DNA of 64,000 nucleotides from Tubulanus polymorphus (lineage: Eukaryota > Animalia > Nemertea), in contig NC_134033.1 in NCBI RefSeq assembly GCF_964204645.1, forward strand, positions 3,058,131 to 3,122,130, written 5' to 3'. The notes below the pieces were generated by a model. That model did not search any database and was not told where the DNA came from. It saw nothing but the letters and a program-made list of their open reading frames with translations. The position numbers and the translations under genes are program-made. This document shows positions 1-13,075 of the stretch, piece by piece; position 1 is the first letter of the stretch; each line of letters begins with the position of its first letter.

Positions 1-1919
1 GGATGCCGATTGGTTTCCCGGTATGTAGAAATCTTGAACATATACTCGCGTGTAATGACTTCGAATGCGCGGCTGGTACTGTAAAATGTCCGGCATCTTA
101 CTGTATACCGATCAGACACGTTTGTGACGGTCGATCCGATTGTCCTAATTCAGAAGATGAACGAAACTGCGAGACTTGGTCGTGTCCGGGAATGTTTAAA
201 TGTGGCAGGGAGAATCGATGTATTCCGCAATCTGAAGTTTGCGACGGTGTCGTTAATTGTAAACATAACTCAGATGACGAGTCATACTGTAAGGTCACGT
301 GTCCTGAACGTTGTAATTGCCGGGGTCATTTCATCGATTGTGAAAATGCTCTTTTATCAGATATTACTGGTCGTTTTATACAATCAACTCGGGTTTTGAT
401 TTTGTCGAATAACCGAGTCGTATTTAACGTGTCGACGTTCAACTCTTTCATTTATCTTCGTTTTCTCGATATTTCGGACAATAATTTGTCTTACATCGTT
501 CCAAACGCGTTTTCTAGTCTAAACAATCTATACACATTAGACCTAACTCACAACCGATTAACATCATTATCTGCTAATACATTCGCAGGTTTGATCGGTT
601 TAAAACAACTATTTCTTATCGGAAATCCGCTGCAACATTTAGAAGACGGTAGTTTTCGAGGTCTGACGTCACTAACTAATCTTGATCTTCACGGACTTTC
701 TATATCGGTTCTCGGTGAAAATGTATTTAAAGGTTTATCCGCATTACAGTCGTTAAATATCAGCAGTAACAAAATACATTATATTTCTAGCTATGCTTTT
801 TCGGGATTGGTTCGACTTGAAATTTTAGACCTCGTCAACAATTTTGAAGTAATATCCGTACAAAGAAACGTTCTTGGCGATCTTACATCATTGAAATACC
901 TCGCTTCGGATGCTTACAAATTTTGCTGCATGGCATCGAATGTTGATCGATGTCTTCCCGAAGCTGATCAATTTTCGACCTGCTCTGACCTGATGGGTAA
1001 CGCTGTACTGAGAGCCATCATCTGGATGATCGCAACTTTCAGTTTTCTCGCTAACAGTATCGTTATTGCATTTCGAGTTCAAGCTTTGCGGATGGAATCC
1101 ACCGGAACACGTAACACATCTTCAGATATCTTCATCATAAATATTGCCGGTTGTGATTTTCTGATGTCGGTCTATTTGTTTTTGATCGCAGGAGCTGACC
1201 ACGTGTTCAAAGGCGTTTATTATCTGAATTCTGAAACCTGGACGGATAGCTCATTATGTCGTCTCGCCGGGGTTATTGTCGCCGTTTCCTGCGAAGGTTC
1301 CTTGACTTTTCTCTTAATTCTAACGCGTCAGAGATATTCAAATATCGTCAACCCGTTTTCCAGAAGTCCGATTATAACTCCGAAATACGTTATCGGTATT
1401 TGCAGCATTTGTTGGCTCGTTATAAGCACAGTTTCTATTCTACCGCTGTCATCGTCGTCTTACTTCGGAGACAATTTTTACGGTACAACCGGAGTTTGTT
1501 TGCCTATGAATTTACTGACGATCGACGTCAATGGCTGGCACTATTCATTCGCTATTTTTGCCTTGTTTAATGCGGCCGTATTGGCTACGATAATGACGAC
1601 GTACGCTCAGATGTATAGACTCGTATCTGGGAGTAGGTCGGGTTCGGGAAGAGCTGATCCTACCGAACTTGTTTTGGCTCGAAGGAGTTTAGTAATCAAT
1701 CTTTGTAATTTATTTTGCTGGCTACCGATAATAATCGTTCAGTTTTGCGCCGTATTTTCGGTCGAGATACCGAACCAGGTGGCCGCTTGGCTGGCCGTTC
1801 TATTTTTACCGATCAACTCGTCTCTGAATCCGCTTCTTTATACAATTCTAACTATCGATATGAAATCTATTCGCGAACGCAATAAACGACGACTAGGATT
1901 GACGACATCCAGTAAATAA
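1..1919 (+). CDS. GRL101-like LDLa-LRR GPCR, copy A: 3' part of terminal exon, 5' end outside the window (last LDLa repeats, LRRNT, LRRs, hinge, 7TM)
   Basis: Open frame 3..1919 with LDLa motifs (CPASYCIPIRHVCDGRSDCPNSEDERNC), LRRNT CPERCNC, LxxLxLxxN repeats, hinge YKFCC...CLPEADQFSTCSDLM and 7TM motifs CDFLM, CWLP, NSSLNPLLY. The listed Met is internal, by comparison with copies B, C and E. Confidence 0.93.
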   Translation, partial: MPIGFPVCRNLEHILACNDFECAAGTVKCPASYCIPIRHVCDGRSDCPNSEDERNCETWSCPGMFKCGRENRCIPQSEVCDGVVNCKHNSDDESYCKVTCPERCNCRGHFIDCENALLSDITGRFIQSTRVLILSNNRVVFNVSTFNSFIYLRFLDISDNNLSYIVPNAFSSLNNLYTLDLTHNRLTSLSANTFAGLIGLKQLFLIGNPLQHLEDGSFRGLTSLTNLDLHGLSISVLGENVFKGLSALQSLNISSNKIHYISSYAFSGLVRLEILDLVNNFEVISVQRNVLGDLTSLKYLASDAYKFCCMASNVDRCLPEADQFSTCSDLMGNAVLRAIIWMIATFSFLANSIVIAFRVQALRMESTGTRNTSSDIFIINIAGCDFLMSVYLFLIAGADHVFKGVYYLNSETWTDSSLCRLAGVIVAVSCEGSLTFLLILTRQRYSNIVNPFSRSPIITPKYVIGICSICWLVISTVSILPLSSSSYFGDNFYGTTGVCLPMNLLTIDVNGWHYSFAIFALFNAAVLATIMTTYAQMYRLVSGSRSGSGRADPTELVLARRSLVINLCNLFCWLPIIIVQFCAVFSVEIPNQVAAWLAVLFLPINSSLNPLLYTILTIDMKSIRERNKRRLGLTTSSK

Positions 1920-3227
1920 ACCACAGTTTGACACGAGTCCCCGTATAATGTTTGCCTATCTATAAATCGGGTTTGAACTTTGAAATCCTAAAACTCGGTT
2001 TGAGTTCGTTTGGAGTCACGTGACCGCATTAGGTGAACGAATACAATGATTCACAATAAATAAGTTTCCAGCTTCTAGGCGCCATCTTGTGGCGGTCCCT
2101 CGAGATCCCCATTGTTGCGATAATTTGCGCTCATTTTTGAAACATAAGTTTGGATTGACTATCCTACAGCTCTGCAGTTTACTGAAATTAAATCATGGTG
2201 ATTAGACATTTTGACTCCACAAAATGTCTTCTCGCCATGATTCATGTGACGTGTGGAGCTCCTTAGTTTATTCCGGAAGAGTTTGAGTCTTCCGGTCGAT
2301 TTGGGTTGGTTTAATCGGCACGGTAGCAATCAGAGCAATTGCGAAAGGGCGACATAAAAAAAAATACAAATACTTAAAATTCTACCGGACGATTCAAAGC
2401 GTGTTAGACCAGGGAGTGATCTCAAGGACGTTCAATTTCATGTAGAAATGCTGAATACGTCAGTATCCGCTAAGCTTTAGATTGTGGTCAAAGTGCTCAA
2501 CTTGGGCTACACATAACTATTTGTAAGCTGGATTTGACCAATGTTAAGTAGGATTGATCCTCGAACTGATTCACTTCGAATCGAACGTTTTACAATTCAA
2601 TTTAATTTCGTGATTTCAAAGGCCGAGGACAATAATAACAGGACACGATATAAACAGATTACGTCATGGTTCAATGGACACGACGACCACCACTGGCTAG
2701 ATATAATACCAGGCTGACCCTGTACATCTTAACTTCAATATCTTAGCGAATATATTTCACTGTATGAAGTAGATCGCGTTGAAATGATATGTTTATGCAA
2801 CGCCTCAAATCCTTTTGAAAATAACATGAATTAGATGAAACACTAGTTTGCAATACTTTCATTAAATCGAATTTTCATTGTCTATAACCCGAATTATCAT
2901 CCATGTTAATTCGAAGAAAAATTTTTAAGAGCGTTTTCAGTTGATTCTATGAAGTTTATGTAAATTAGGAACTTCGATGTTTAATAACAACTAGAGAAAT
3001 TTATTACAATTTTTATTGTAATGAATGAATATCTAAATCACTTACCAGCTCAAAAACTCGGAAAATCTCCCATTACGAACCCGCTTGCTTCTATTCGTCT
3101 TTATCAATATAGTACATTTGCATTGAATTAGACCGTACGGTGCTGCCACCGAGGTATAGTGTCGTTTCTGTGAACCAAATGGCAGCTTTTTCAATCGAGA
3201 GGTTTACAGTTATGGGTCTAGAGGGAC
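1920..3227 (+). repeat. 3' flank of copy A, duplicated as 3' flank of copy E (57428-58754); AATAAA at 2055-2060
   Basis: Near-identical sequence after the stops of A and E until the LTR-like insertion at 58755; a more diverged version follows copy C (30056-~30530). Confidence 0.85.
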
Positions 3228-5169
3228 CAAAGGTGTTAGGGTCCAGTGCTTGCATGCTCGAATCCTAATATTTGCAATCGTGTCGGATTTTTCCAAGTCC
3301 AGCGGATTGGCGCGTGTAAATTCATAAACCGTCCAAACTGACCGATTCAAACGTCTCGAATATGAGAAAGAGTCACCACAAGTGATAAAAGTCGATATTA
3401 CTCATTCGAAGAAAACTCATTGTAGAAACAACGATGAAATAAACAAAGCAGGGCCAAGCCCAATGGGCTTCATTTGAATCAACTTTTGATTGTTGCTAAA
3501 AATTTCATGAAACGATCGAAAGGTTTTAACGTCAATCATATTTATTTTCATACAACAATTATAGAAAATGCCAGATAACGTGCTGGAGGAATCATAATGT
3601 AAGTTTCTCTGTAAGAAACTCTACTCTATTTTACGATAGGACCTTAATTAAATCGCTATCACATGAAGCACTGAATAATATACAACGGTGAAAAGGTTGC
3701 TATTAACTAAACTTATTAACAATTGTAGAGTAATAACATGATGATGAACATGTAATGTCGTTTTATTCTTATGACAACTATTATACGTTGCTAAATGACA
3801 GGTATTATACTGAAAGAATTTATCATATATCGAAGTTCATCATGATCAAACACATCCATCTTTAATTTCTTTAATAACATTATTTCTATTAGAAAAATAT
3901 TATTTTGCAATCTTTACCGCGTCTTAACAAAGATTTTCAAACATAATAGATTCGCGTGAAATAAATATTCTGACGTTTTTTCTTCCAGCTTTGAAAAACA
4001 TAAAAAAATAATTATACTATCAATGAAAAATAAACAATGATATCGATGATTTTAAGTTTATAACTGTTTTACATTCGTATAAATAGTATCAACCCGATTT
4101 TATTCTCCAGAGCACCCCTAAAACAATTAATACAAAATGCCAGGTGAGTGCTCAATGAATTATAAGTTCTTCTAACATTTGGGTTCTATTTAAAAAACAG
4201 CCCAACCATGGGACGTATACTATAGGACAATTTACTAATTAACACTGTTCATATATTCCTCATTTATCAAGGAACAGTTCATCTATATTAGACAGGACCT
4301 TAATCAGATCGGTATTTTATGAACCACTGAAAACCACAACATTGAAAACCAGAGAAATGGTAAAATGCGAAAATAGTTTGTCGTATGAATTGAATCGTCG
4401 AAACTTAATTCAATCGTGGACGTATGAACTAGTTTATGAGTCTATTGATAGATAAATACCACAACCGGTGACAATTCTATGGATAATCAGCCCCGGTTTG
4501 AACCTCGAAATCCTAAAACTTGGTTGAGTTCGTTTGGAGTCACGTGACCGCATAAGATGAACGAATACTATGAGATAAGTTTACGGCAGGGCAAAATTAC
4601 TCCGATTATCATAAGTACCGTACATTTTGGTTTTTTGTTATATCTAATTCACAACTTGCTTGAATTGGTAGTAATTTTACCGGAGTCGTGTTTTCCAAAT
4701 TACTAACTCGTAAAAACCTTTAAAATTATTTCTAACTGAGAAGGATTAATCTTACACTTAATATCTAATACTTTAACATCTATATCCCCAAGATTCTTGC
4801 GTAAATATAAGCAGGTCTGATTGGAGCGAGAGGGAATCATCCGTTTGAAACTAGGATTTAGGGTTTCATGGATACAAAATTCCCCTAATTCGAAGGCGTT
4901 ATATTTCTAAATAGTAATCTACGATTCAACCTTCAAACATTTGAAAAATCGTCAATTAGTCAATTAGTTCCGAAAGAAGAATTGAGTTTAACAATGATTT
5001 AAGTCACTCGATGAAAATGATACGGATTAAGAATTCATGTCTCTCGCGAGGACGCTGTTAGTTAGATTTATCAATATTAACTGTTTCTACCACGAGAGAC
5101 GAAGCACCTCCCACCAGAAATATAACATCGTAATGCATAAACACAGTTGATTGGGGAATATTGCGATAG

Positions 5170-5610
5170 AACACGTTCCCAAATGTTTTGATACTTTCTC
5201 AGTTTGTATCAAAAATATTGCCAATTTCTGGTCCTTGAGTCCTGAAAAATGATAAATTTACAGCGCAAAATCGTACAAACGTGTCAATTATACTTCTAAA
5301 CACTTTATTTGCGGACCAGTTTATGAATTGAGCGTGGGCCATAGAGCGCTATATCCGCCTGTGATCTCGACTTTCAATTTATTACGTAAGCTATTCGTGA
5401 ACAAAATGCGGCCGGCGCACAATAGAAACTTCGCTCTATGTATTCTTTCATTACCACCGACAAAGAGGACCGATATTTCGCAAATTGGATTCGGGAGGTT
5501 TAAACCTCCCAAGGTCAAATGACTAAAATTGTGACCTTCGTGGAGATTATCTAAAAAGCCGATGGTAATCAAATTTAGCAGAACTTTTTACCCAAACGTT
5601 CAATGGTTTG
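5170..5610. repeat. Left arm of ~430-bp inverted repeat pair (partner ~11195-11640)
   Basis: The reverse complement matches 11195-11640 throughout; contains the perfect palindrome GGGAGGTTTAAACCTCCC (5493-5510). Confidence 0.8.
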
Positions 5611-5675
5611 AAAATCTTTCAATGGCATTCCTAAGTATTTGATGAAAGTTGAGAAATCATAAGATATTCATATAA

Positions 5676-5714
5676 CCATGGACTCTAAAACCTAAATCGT
5701 TTAAGAGTCCCTGA
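5676..5714. mobile_element. Tiny palindromic MITE-like element (CCATGGACTCTAAAAC...GAGTCCCTGA) with 5-bp TSD TATAA
   Basis: Terminal inverted repeats, TATAA on both sides, relatives at 6091, 7513 and 10920. Confidence 0.6.
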
Positions 5715-7512
5715 TATAAAAAAAAACTTCGCATAACGAAGAAGCAAAAATTCGAATCTGATTCATCTGTTTGGAATTGATTCTTATGAAATGGAAACAA
5801 ATGTGTGAGCACTACTCATTGATTCGTTCATTATTGTACAATATGTTTTATTTGTTGACCGTAAGACGTTGACATTATGTCAATTTCATTCAATTTACTT
5901 TGCGGCTTTACAACGGCTATTTCACTGGTTCTGCGTGATGAGATAATTCTGATTAAAGTTATTGTATTAATTTCTACATGTATATACGTAATGATACTCT
6001 TTCTGAATAAAAGATGCACGTTATTCGAATCCCCACCATTGTTCTCTACAATGTACGTTAATCAAACTCACGATAAAACCAGAGCCAAAACCATGGACTC
6101 AAAAACGAAGAATCCGTGGTCAAACATACAATTCTAATTTCCCCGTTAGTTCACTGATGCCGTCAGTTTCTATCGAATGCAAGGATTCTAGCCAGCAGAG
6201 AGGCGCATGTACACATCCATTGGCATACTTAGTTATAGTACAACATAAACAATAATCAAGGTTCGAGCCAATGTCAGAAACTAGAATATGTTCTTTCATC
6301 AAATACAAATAACTCAGCAGTAGTCAGTTAGTTGAATTTGTTTGACTTGTTTTATATTTCATCAATCAATCTATTTCATTTTATCATAAAGTACAAACTA
6401 AACGCTTGAATAGCTTATAACACGACCAGGTATGAATTAGAATAGATTGGCTTAATATTTCGAATGCAAATTTGGCGATTAAGCAATCGGAAATTCGAAG
6501 TGCTTGAGAAATTTTTCAATACGCCCATTACTTCGAATAGCGATAAGTTCATTGACACATGTGACAATTGTTTTGTTACTTTCGATAGCGATTCGAATAA
6601 GCTATGCGACAGCTAACGACAGCACAATCGCAATATCAACAGAAGTTAATTTTATCCTACATGATGAGGCTAAATTCAGTGAAAACGATCGTGTTCTGAA
6701 ATATATATTTTCCTGGATACATTTTGTTTATTGTAGCTATTCTATGCGGTTTTATACATTAAGCTGCTATAACATATTGACCGTTTTCAAGAACCCAAAA
6801 ATTACAATTTTCTGGAAATCTGTTTTTTTTCAAAAACAACCCAAACCCGAAATTGTGTACAGTTAGTACGCAGCGTATATACTGTCGGATAAGAGAATAT
6901 TGAAAAAACATAGAAAAAGTTCAGTGAAAGAAAATAAGCTCGGCAGTGACAAATTGTCATTTCATCCCCTTCACGTGATTAATTGATGCCCAAATATGTT
7001 CTACCGTGAAAACTCTGCATTTAGCATCAAACGAATTTTTGTATACGTATCTCAGGATGCATGCTCTTCAAAAAGGTAGCCTATTAGGAAAAAACTTACC
7101 CGGTAAAATCCTAATTTGTCCTAAACGATATTCCAACTATTATTTTGTTAATTATTCAACTATCATCACTAACTGGGTAAGTTAGTTGAACTTGCATAAA
7201 GATATATAATTAGGGACACATCAATTTCACACCATTCAATATCATAAGGGAACAAAATTCTTAGAAACTTGGTTAATGGTAGTTCTTAAGACTAGGTTTT
7301 GTTTCCGGAATTTACTAAATGTACCAATTCTAATAATTCACTCATTGAAGCTTCTATACATTAGAAGCGAAAGCTCGTGCGTCGAAATAAATAGTTAACC
7401 TTTAAAGTACTACTCGTCTCTTCATTTAAATTCAAATAATATAAGTCTTTATTGATTCTTTTTTGATGGAATATGCATAACTTTTCTGGGCAAATTTCTA
7501 TATTCTGTCAAG

Positions 7513-7561
7513 TCATGGACTCTAAAACGATTTAGACATTAAAACGTTTTAGAGTCCATGG
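7513..7561. mobile_element. Tiny palindromic MITE-like element with TSD TCAAG
   Basis: CATGGACTCTAAAACG...CGTTTTAGAGTCCATG is a perfect 16-bp inverted repeat; TCAAG at 7508-7512 and 7562-7566. Confidence 0.7.
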
Positions 7562-8589
7562 TCAAGGTATTTTGGCTATAACGAATATAACTAACTCCCT
7601 GGGGCAACGATGTGGCTGATGAAATGATCTCTCCCATTGTAATCCCACCATTTAATTACTCATTGTATAACAATTCTCACAATTAAGCCTCGGACTCTTA
7701 AACGAATTATGAGTGCATGCTCATTTGTTTAGTATAGTGCATGCTTTAGCTCTGATCAGGGAAGTGTGCTTCCCTGCTCTGATATAGAGCATATTGTCTT
7801 GATTTAGAACATGTATGCATAAACTCTAGGCTGCAAAGAAATACGTTTTCGGCGGCTCTAATCGAGTTAAATCTTTCGTGATAGATTAACACAGAGAGGC
7901 GGCACCCAATCGCTGCTTATTGACATTAGGCACAAGTCACTGTTATGTTCATTAGTAAAACTAATATAGAATGAATAAGTGAGGAGGGAAAATGTATAAA
8001 TTAAATTTATAAATGAATTTATAAGAATTTAGCATGCATCGGAGTGCACTCAAATTGGATTATTACAAAATAACTCACTTCAAAATTTATGATATTGTTT
8101 CATTGATATTTATTACTTTAAAGCAATTCACTTTAAGAACTTTGGTCAACAATAAGTCTGTCCTGCAAATCAAATCATCGGGAGACAAAATACTGTTTCA
8201 AAAAATTATATTGCTAATACATTCCTAATCTTAACCTCTCGCCATAAACCTACTGGATTTAGGGCCTGGGGCATTTTAGATGGTTGTAGGTAAAAATCCC
8301 CTAGGTGAAATCCTCACTTGGCGATTTTTCAAGAACATTTGAAAGCACGATATTTATTCAAACATATTCATCCACAATACAACTGCAATATATATTTAGC
8401 TGTGCATTGATCTCTTTTGTTGAAATAAATCTTTGAATAAATTCATAGAATAAATGAAATTAATGAACTTTTTATTCATACTATCTTTTCATATTTTATT
8501 CATACTATCTTTTAATTCGAACTAAATAACTCTTGTTGTATAGTATGCTTATGATATGGTTCGATTTACGTATCAATATTTTCATGTTG

Positions 8590-8717
8590 ACGGGGGCCTG
8601 ATGATGGCTAATAGCATTAGCCGAAACATTGCTCGTAGAACATTTGATTTTTAGCTGAATTCATTGTGGGATTTGTCTCGTTATTCACCATACACGGTTA
8701 TTGTGTATTTTCTTCTC
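8590..8717 (+). mobile_element. Short insertion carrying a hammerhead-ribozyme-like core (Penelope/retrozyme-type fragment), 12-bp TSD
   Basis: CTGATGA-T-GGCTAAT(AGC)ATTAGCC-GAAAC at 8598-8627; direct repeat ATTTTCATGTTG at 8578-8589 and 8718-8729. Confidence 0.55.
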
Positions 8718-11194
8718 ATTTTCATGTTGGTTTTGAACAACTTAAATTTTGCGATTCTAATCCCTTATTAACTTTAGATGACAGTAATACCTTCAATTTA
8801 CATGTAAAATATGATCACTGCTGAAAGTGTAATAAGGAATATATATTTACTCCAGTGACAATATTTTGATTCAAAGATTTAATTCAATCATCTAGTCCGA
8901 GTCTGTATGGTAAAACTTCTGGCTAACCAAGAGCTAACCGAATACCGACAATAGAAGGTGGTCGCTTAAAAATTAGTTAATTTATGCAACAGGAATCTAT
9001 CTTGATTTCAAGGGCACTTCAATTAATCGTTTCAATAGTGACCACTGTAAATTAGCCAGTAGTTTAAATGACCGAATTCAATCAACCGATTCGTATCCTA
9101 AGAATGAGAATTGTATCTAACCACAGTAGTTAATCTTCATCAAACGTTCGGTCATCATATTATACATCTATACATCATTACTATCATCTTCAGTTAATAG
9201 AAGTGCAATAAAATCTAGAATCTATGAGTTGAGTTTTTTTTGAACATAATAAATTGTGTTGATTTTATGTTAGTTAAATCAAATATTGGGAATATTTTAC
9301 CGGGGGATTTTTACTTTGGGGATAATAAGCTAAATTATTTTATATCATCGGTTTTCATTAAGAAAAAAAAAACAACTATTAATCTTAACTACACTTATAT
9401 TCCTTTTGGAGCATTGAGATTCTTTCATTGAATTTAATATGTTATTTCGTACAATAGTTCATCACAGTGCGTCATTCACGCTTAAATGTACAAAACTTCT
9501 TTACAGAGTTCAAAATATAAACCAACAATCTCATCTCAAGCATGTACTAGCGCTGACGTTATGGGATAAAACCAAGTCTCGATTCTTGCCTAAAATGTGG
9601 GTACATTCATTCATATCAGGACTAAAATACGCTTATATGAATATCTTGCATGATATCATTTTACATTACGGGTGTCTCATAGGCCTGGTTTTACTTGTAC
9701 ATTGTCATCAATTGATTAAACATCCCAAGTAACTTCTTTATTTACTTATGGCTTAATCACTGGTATTCAATAGCTAGTCGGCTATAGAAAGACTAACCCG
9801 ATAAAATTCCATTAACCGTTCGTCCAGAGTCGAACACTCGCGCGTTAATTCGCAACGATTTTAAAGAAAGAAAATGATTGCATGAAATCTACTTTTCGTA
9901 TCAATCGGCGTCCAATCTGTTAAACCATCCTAAACACAGTAGTGTAGTAGTTTGTGTCTATTTGCTTTTGCTGATGTCATTTAACATAACAATGGAAATG
10001 TATTCGTTTATTTGGAAATTATATGAAGATATGGAGTAATCATGTGACAAATCAAATTATTACTGCAAGGCAAAACATAGCGCACTTCAGATATATGATA
10101 TGGCCTTAAAGACTTTTCATATAATAACAGTCCAGTTTAACGTCTATTGATATGAATAGTCCAGTTTTGATATGACTGTCGCAACAGTTGGAATAAAACC
10201 TATGAAATATAGGGGCATTTATCTCATGAAATTTAGATTTGAGATAATTGTATTGTATTGTATGAGGATTAAACACTTGAATGGCTGGTGATTATTTGTG
10301 ATGAAGTTATCAGTGAGATGGACTGTTGATGTAGCCTTGATTGAGGCACTCGGGTCAGATAATATTTTTAGATAAAACAGTGCATTTGTTAAAGCAGAAC
10401 ACATGATTTTAAACTAAATATAAGTAGCTAAACCGTTAATTTTCATTCCTAACTTTTCATCACTCCCGATTATCAAATATATTTCAACAGTTTGATTAAC
10501 GGATAGTTGCAGTTAACAACATTTCCATCTGATAGAGAAGGTATACAGGTATACAGAGGAACAAGAAAAGAACATCCAACTAGACACTGAAAAATCTTTA
10601 TTCGGGTTTTTTACCAGGGGCCTTTACCTTGGGGTATATTTAACTAGGGGATTTTTTAATGAAAGGGACCTTTACGGGGCGAGTTTTTACCCGATCACAT
10701 CGATTATTGAATGACATGTTCGATAAATCATGACAAAAACTGGTATCACTGGTACAATTTGCTAATTTTCGCTGTTCGGGTGGTTCTGTAGACTATTGGC
10801 TATACCGTTGGTAACTGACTAGCTATTTGTATCACTGATCGGACTGTGAAAATATAGCTTTGACAAAACCACAACGAGAAATGAAGCAAATGCAATATTT
10901 TACTCGAAAACGAGCTTAACCATGGAATCAGTAACGTTTTTTTACATTCCATGGCTGAAATGACGCTATTGAAAAAATCAATGAGAAATACTGCCTCCGA
11001 TTTTTATGACGAAAATATTGGAATGAATTCCGAACAGAATCCAATCAGGTTGTTCTTATTGGTATTGTGTATACATTTCATTTATTAGATATTTCAAGTA
11101 ATTCGTGTAATTAGGAAAGACTCGATCCAATAATGGGTTTTTCTTTCGGTTTTACGTAATTTACAACTTACCAAATATGGACTACATGGTTTGA

Positions 11195-11640
11195 CATTAA
11201 AACCAGTGAGCATTATGGTATCAAGTTCAACAAAAATTGATAACGATCGGCCTTTCGTAGAATCTCCCTGAAGGTCACAATTTTAGTAAATTGACCTTGG
11301 GAGGTTTAAACCTCCCGAATCCAATTAGCAAAATATTGGTCCTCTATGTCGGCGACAATAAAACTACCCTGCGCGTAACTTTCTATTGTGCGCCTGCCGC
11401 GTTTTGGGCACGAGTAGCTTACGTAATCTTAATTGAAAGTTGAGATCACAGGCAGATATTGAGGTCTATGGCCCACACATAACATCATAAATTGGTCAGG
11501 AAATAAAGTGTTTTGTGGTATAGATGACACGTTTGTACGATTTTACACTGTAAATTTATCATTTTTCAGGACTTAAGGACCAAAAATCGGCAATATTTTT
11601 GATACAAACTGAGAAAGTATCAAAACATTTGAGAACGCGT
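11195..11640. repeat. Right arm of ~430-bp inverted repeat pair (partner ~5170-5610)
   Basis: e.g. TTTTGATACAAACTGAGAAAGTATCAAAACATTTG is the reverse complement of the sequence at ~5181-5215. Confidence 0.8.
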
Positions 11641-12458
11641 TATATATGTTCTTTTTCACGGACCGATTATAAACCAGTGTTGAAATAATACAATATCAAA
11701 AAGTTCTTTAATATATCTGAGTTAAACCTATTATCAAAAGACGATAATTTCGTACCAGAGGAACAAATTATATCGGATACTTAAAAGTTGAATCTACCGC
11801 TGGCGCCAACTTATTCTCAATAATCATTATTAAGACACACAAACATTTCCCCAACTATCGGTGACCGAACATATAAGATCATCATTTTTTGCCATCATAC
11901 GTGTAGGCGTTCCAAAACAGAGGGACACAAATGGGAAAAAAATTAATTTTTTTTATTATTAGAGTATTCAACACAAAAAACATCAAAGGACCGCAAAAAA
12001 ACAAAAATTATTGGAAATTGTGATTAAGTTGATTCAAATAATGGAAAAAATGAAAAAGAACTAGTTTTCGCAAATCATGAGATTGAAAATTAAGATGAAC
12101 ATAACTTTTATAAGTTACTGGATTGAAACCAGGACGGGAATAACAGAATTTTCTTTTGTCGAAAAATTGTGCCGAAAAGAGGAGTGAGGAATGAAAACAA
12201 TTCAGTACGATGAATTTTGCTGATCCGTGTCCCAAGTAAAAATGCTGAACGGACTATAATGCGGATGTACATAGATTGAGTCAAATCAAACGTTTTTAAA
12301 TGATGATCATAAGTTTCTGAATTATCAATTCACCTCATTTATTATTGGTTGGACTTTCGTCGCGTTCACACTACGAACCAGTTAGACCGTTCTAAACGGG
12401 TCCGTGTCCGGAACAGGACAAATTTAGAACGGACCGAATCATAGTGCGCGAGTCAGAT

Positions 12459-12547
12459 TCTCGCCGGGGTTATTGTAACCGTTTCCTAACTAAAGATTCC
12501 GAACATTTCTCTGTTTCGATTCTACCGCTGTCATCGTCGTCTTACTT
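12459..12547 (+). pseudogene. Internally deleted fragment of the receptor's own TM3/TM4 coding sequence upstream of copy B
   Basis: TCTCGCCGGGGTTATTGT... and ...TTCTACCGCTGTCATCGTCGTCTTACTT match 7TM coding sequence (cf. 1262-1290, 1431-1465). Confidence 0.8.
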
Positions 12548-13075
12548 GGTTAGTGTTGGTTTTCCGAGTGAGCACCGAACAAGTCCTTACCCGCCACAAT
12601 CAGATATCCACGCGCTTCACTTAGCTTCAACTCAGTTATTATATTGACTGTAGAGTGTGAATCGTAAAAACATGTTGACGAAATAGTTTACAGAGACGCA
12701 GAATATTTTGAGGTAAAGATAGAAAATGTTATCGAATATTATCACAAACTGAACGCAGTTCGGGAGCGACAGTAAATATTTTTAGAGAAATAATTGCACA
12801 TGATTATAGACACGATATATTAAAACACGTCTAAATTTAGAAACCGCGGTAATTATTGCGAAACCGAGCGCAGGTGAAAGTAACAGAAATACGAGACTGG
12901 CGCCAGTTTGATGGGAGATCTTTTTACAAAATAATTGGACTCGGTCATTTCGTCAACATCAATTCTGACATTCTGACAACTCGTCATTACTTTGCAGCGA
13001 CTCTTATGAGAAATATCGCGCAAACTTGGAAATAGTTAGAAATGTGTTTGTTTTGAAGCGTGAATTGTGTTCAAT

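Noticed and set aside
98-1570. Short overlapping or antisense ORFs within receptor exons, repeated in each copy
   Set aside because: Shadow ORFs whose recurrence only reflects paralog identity.
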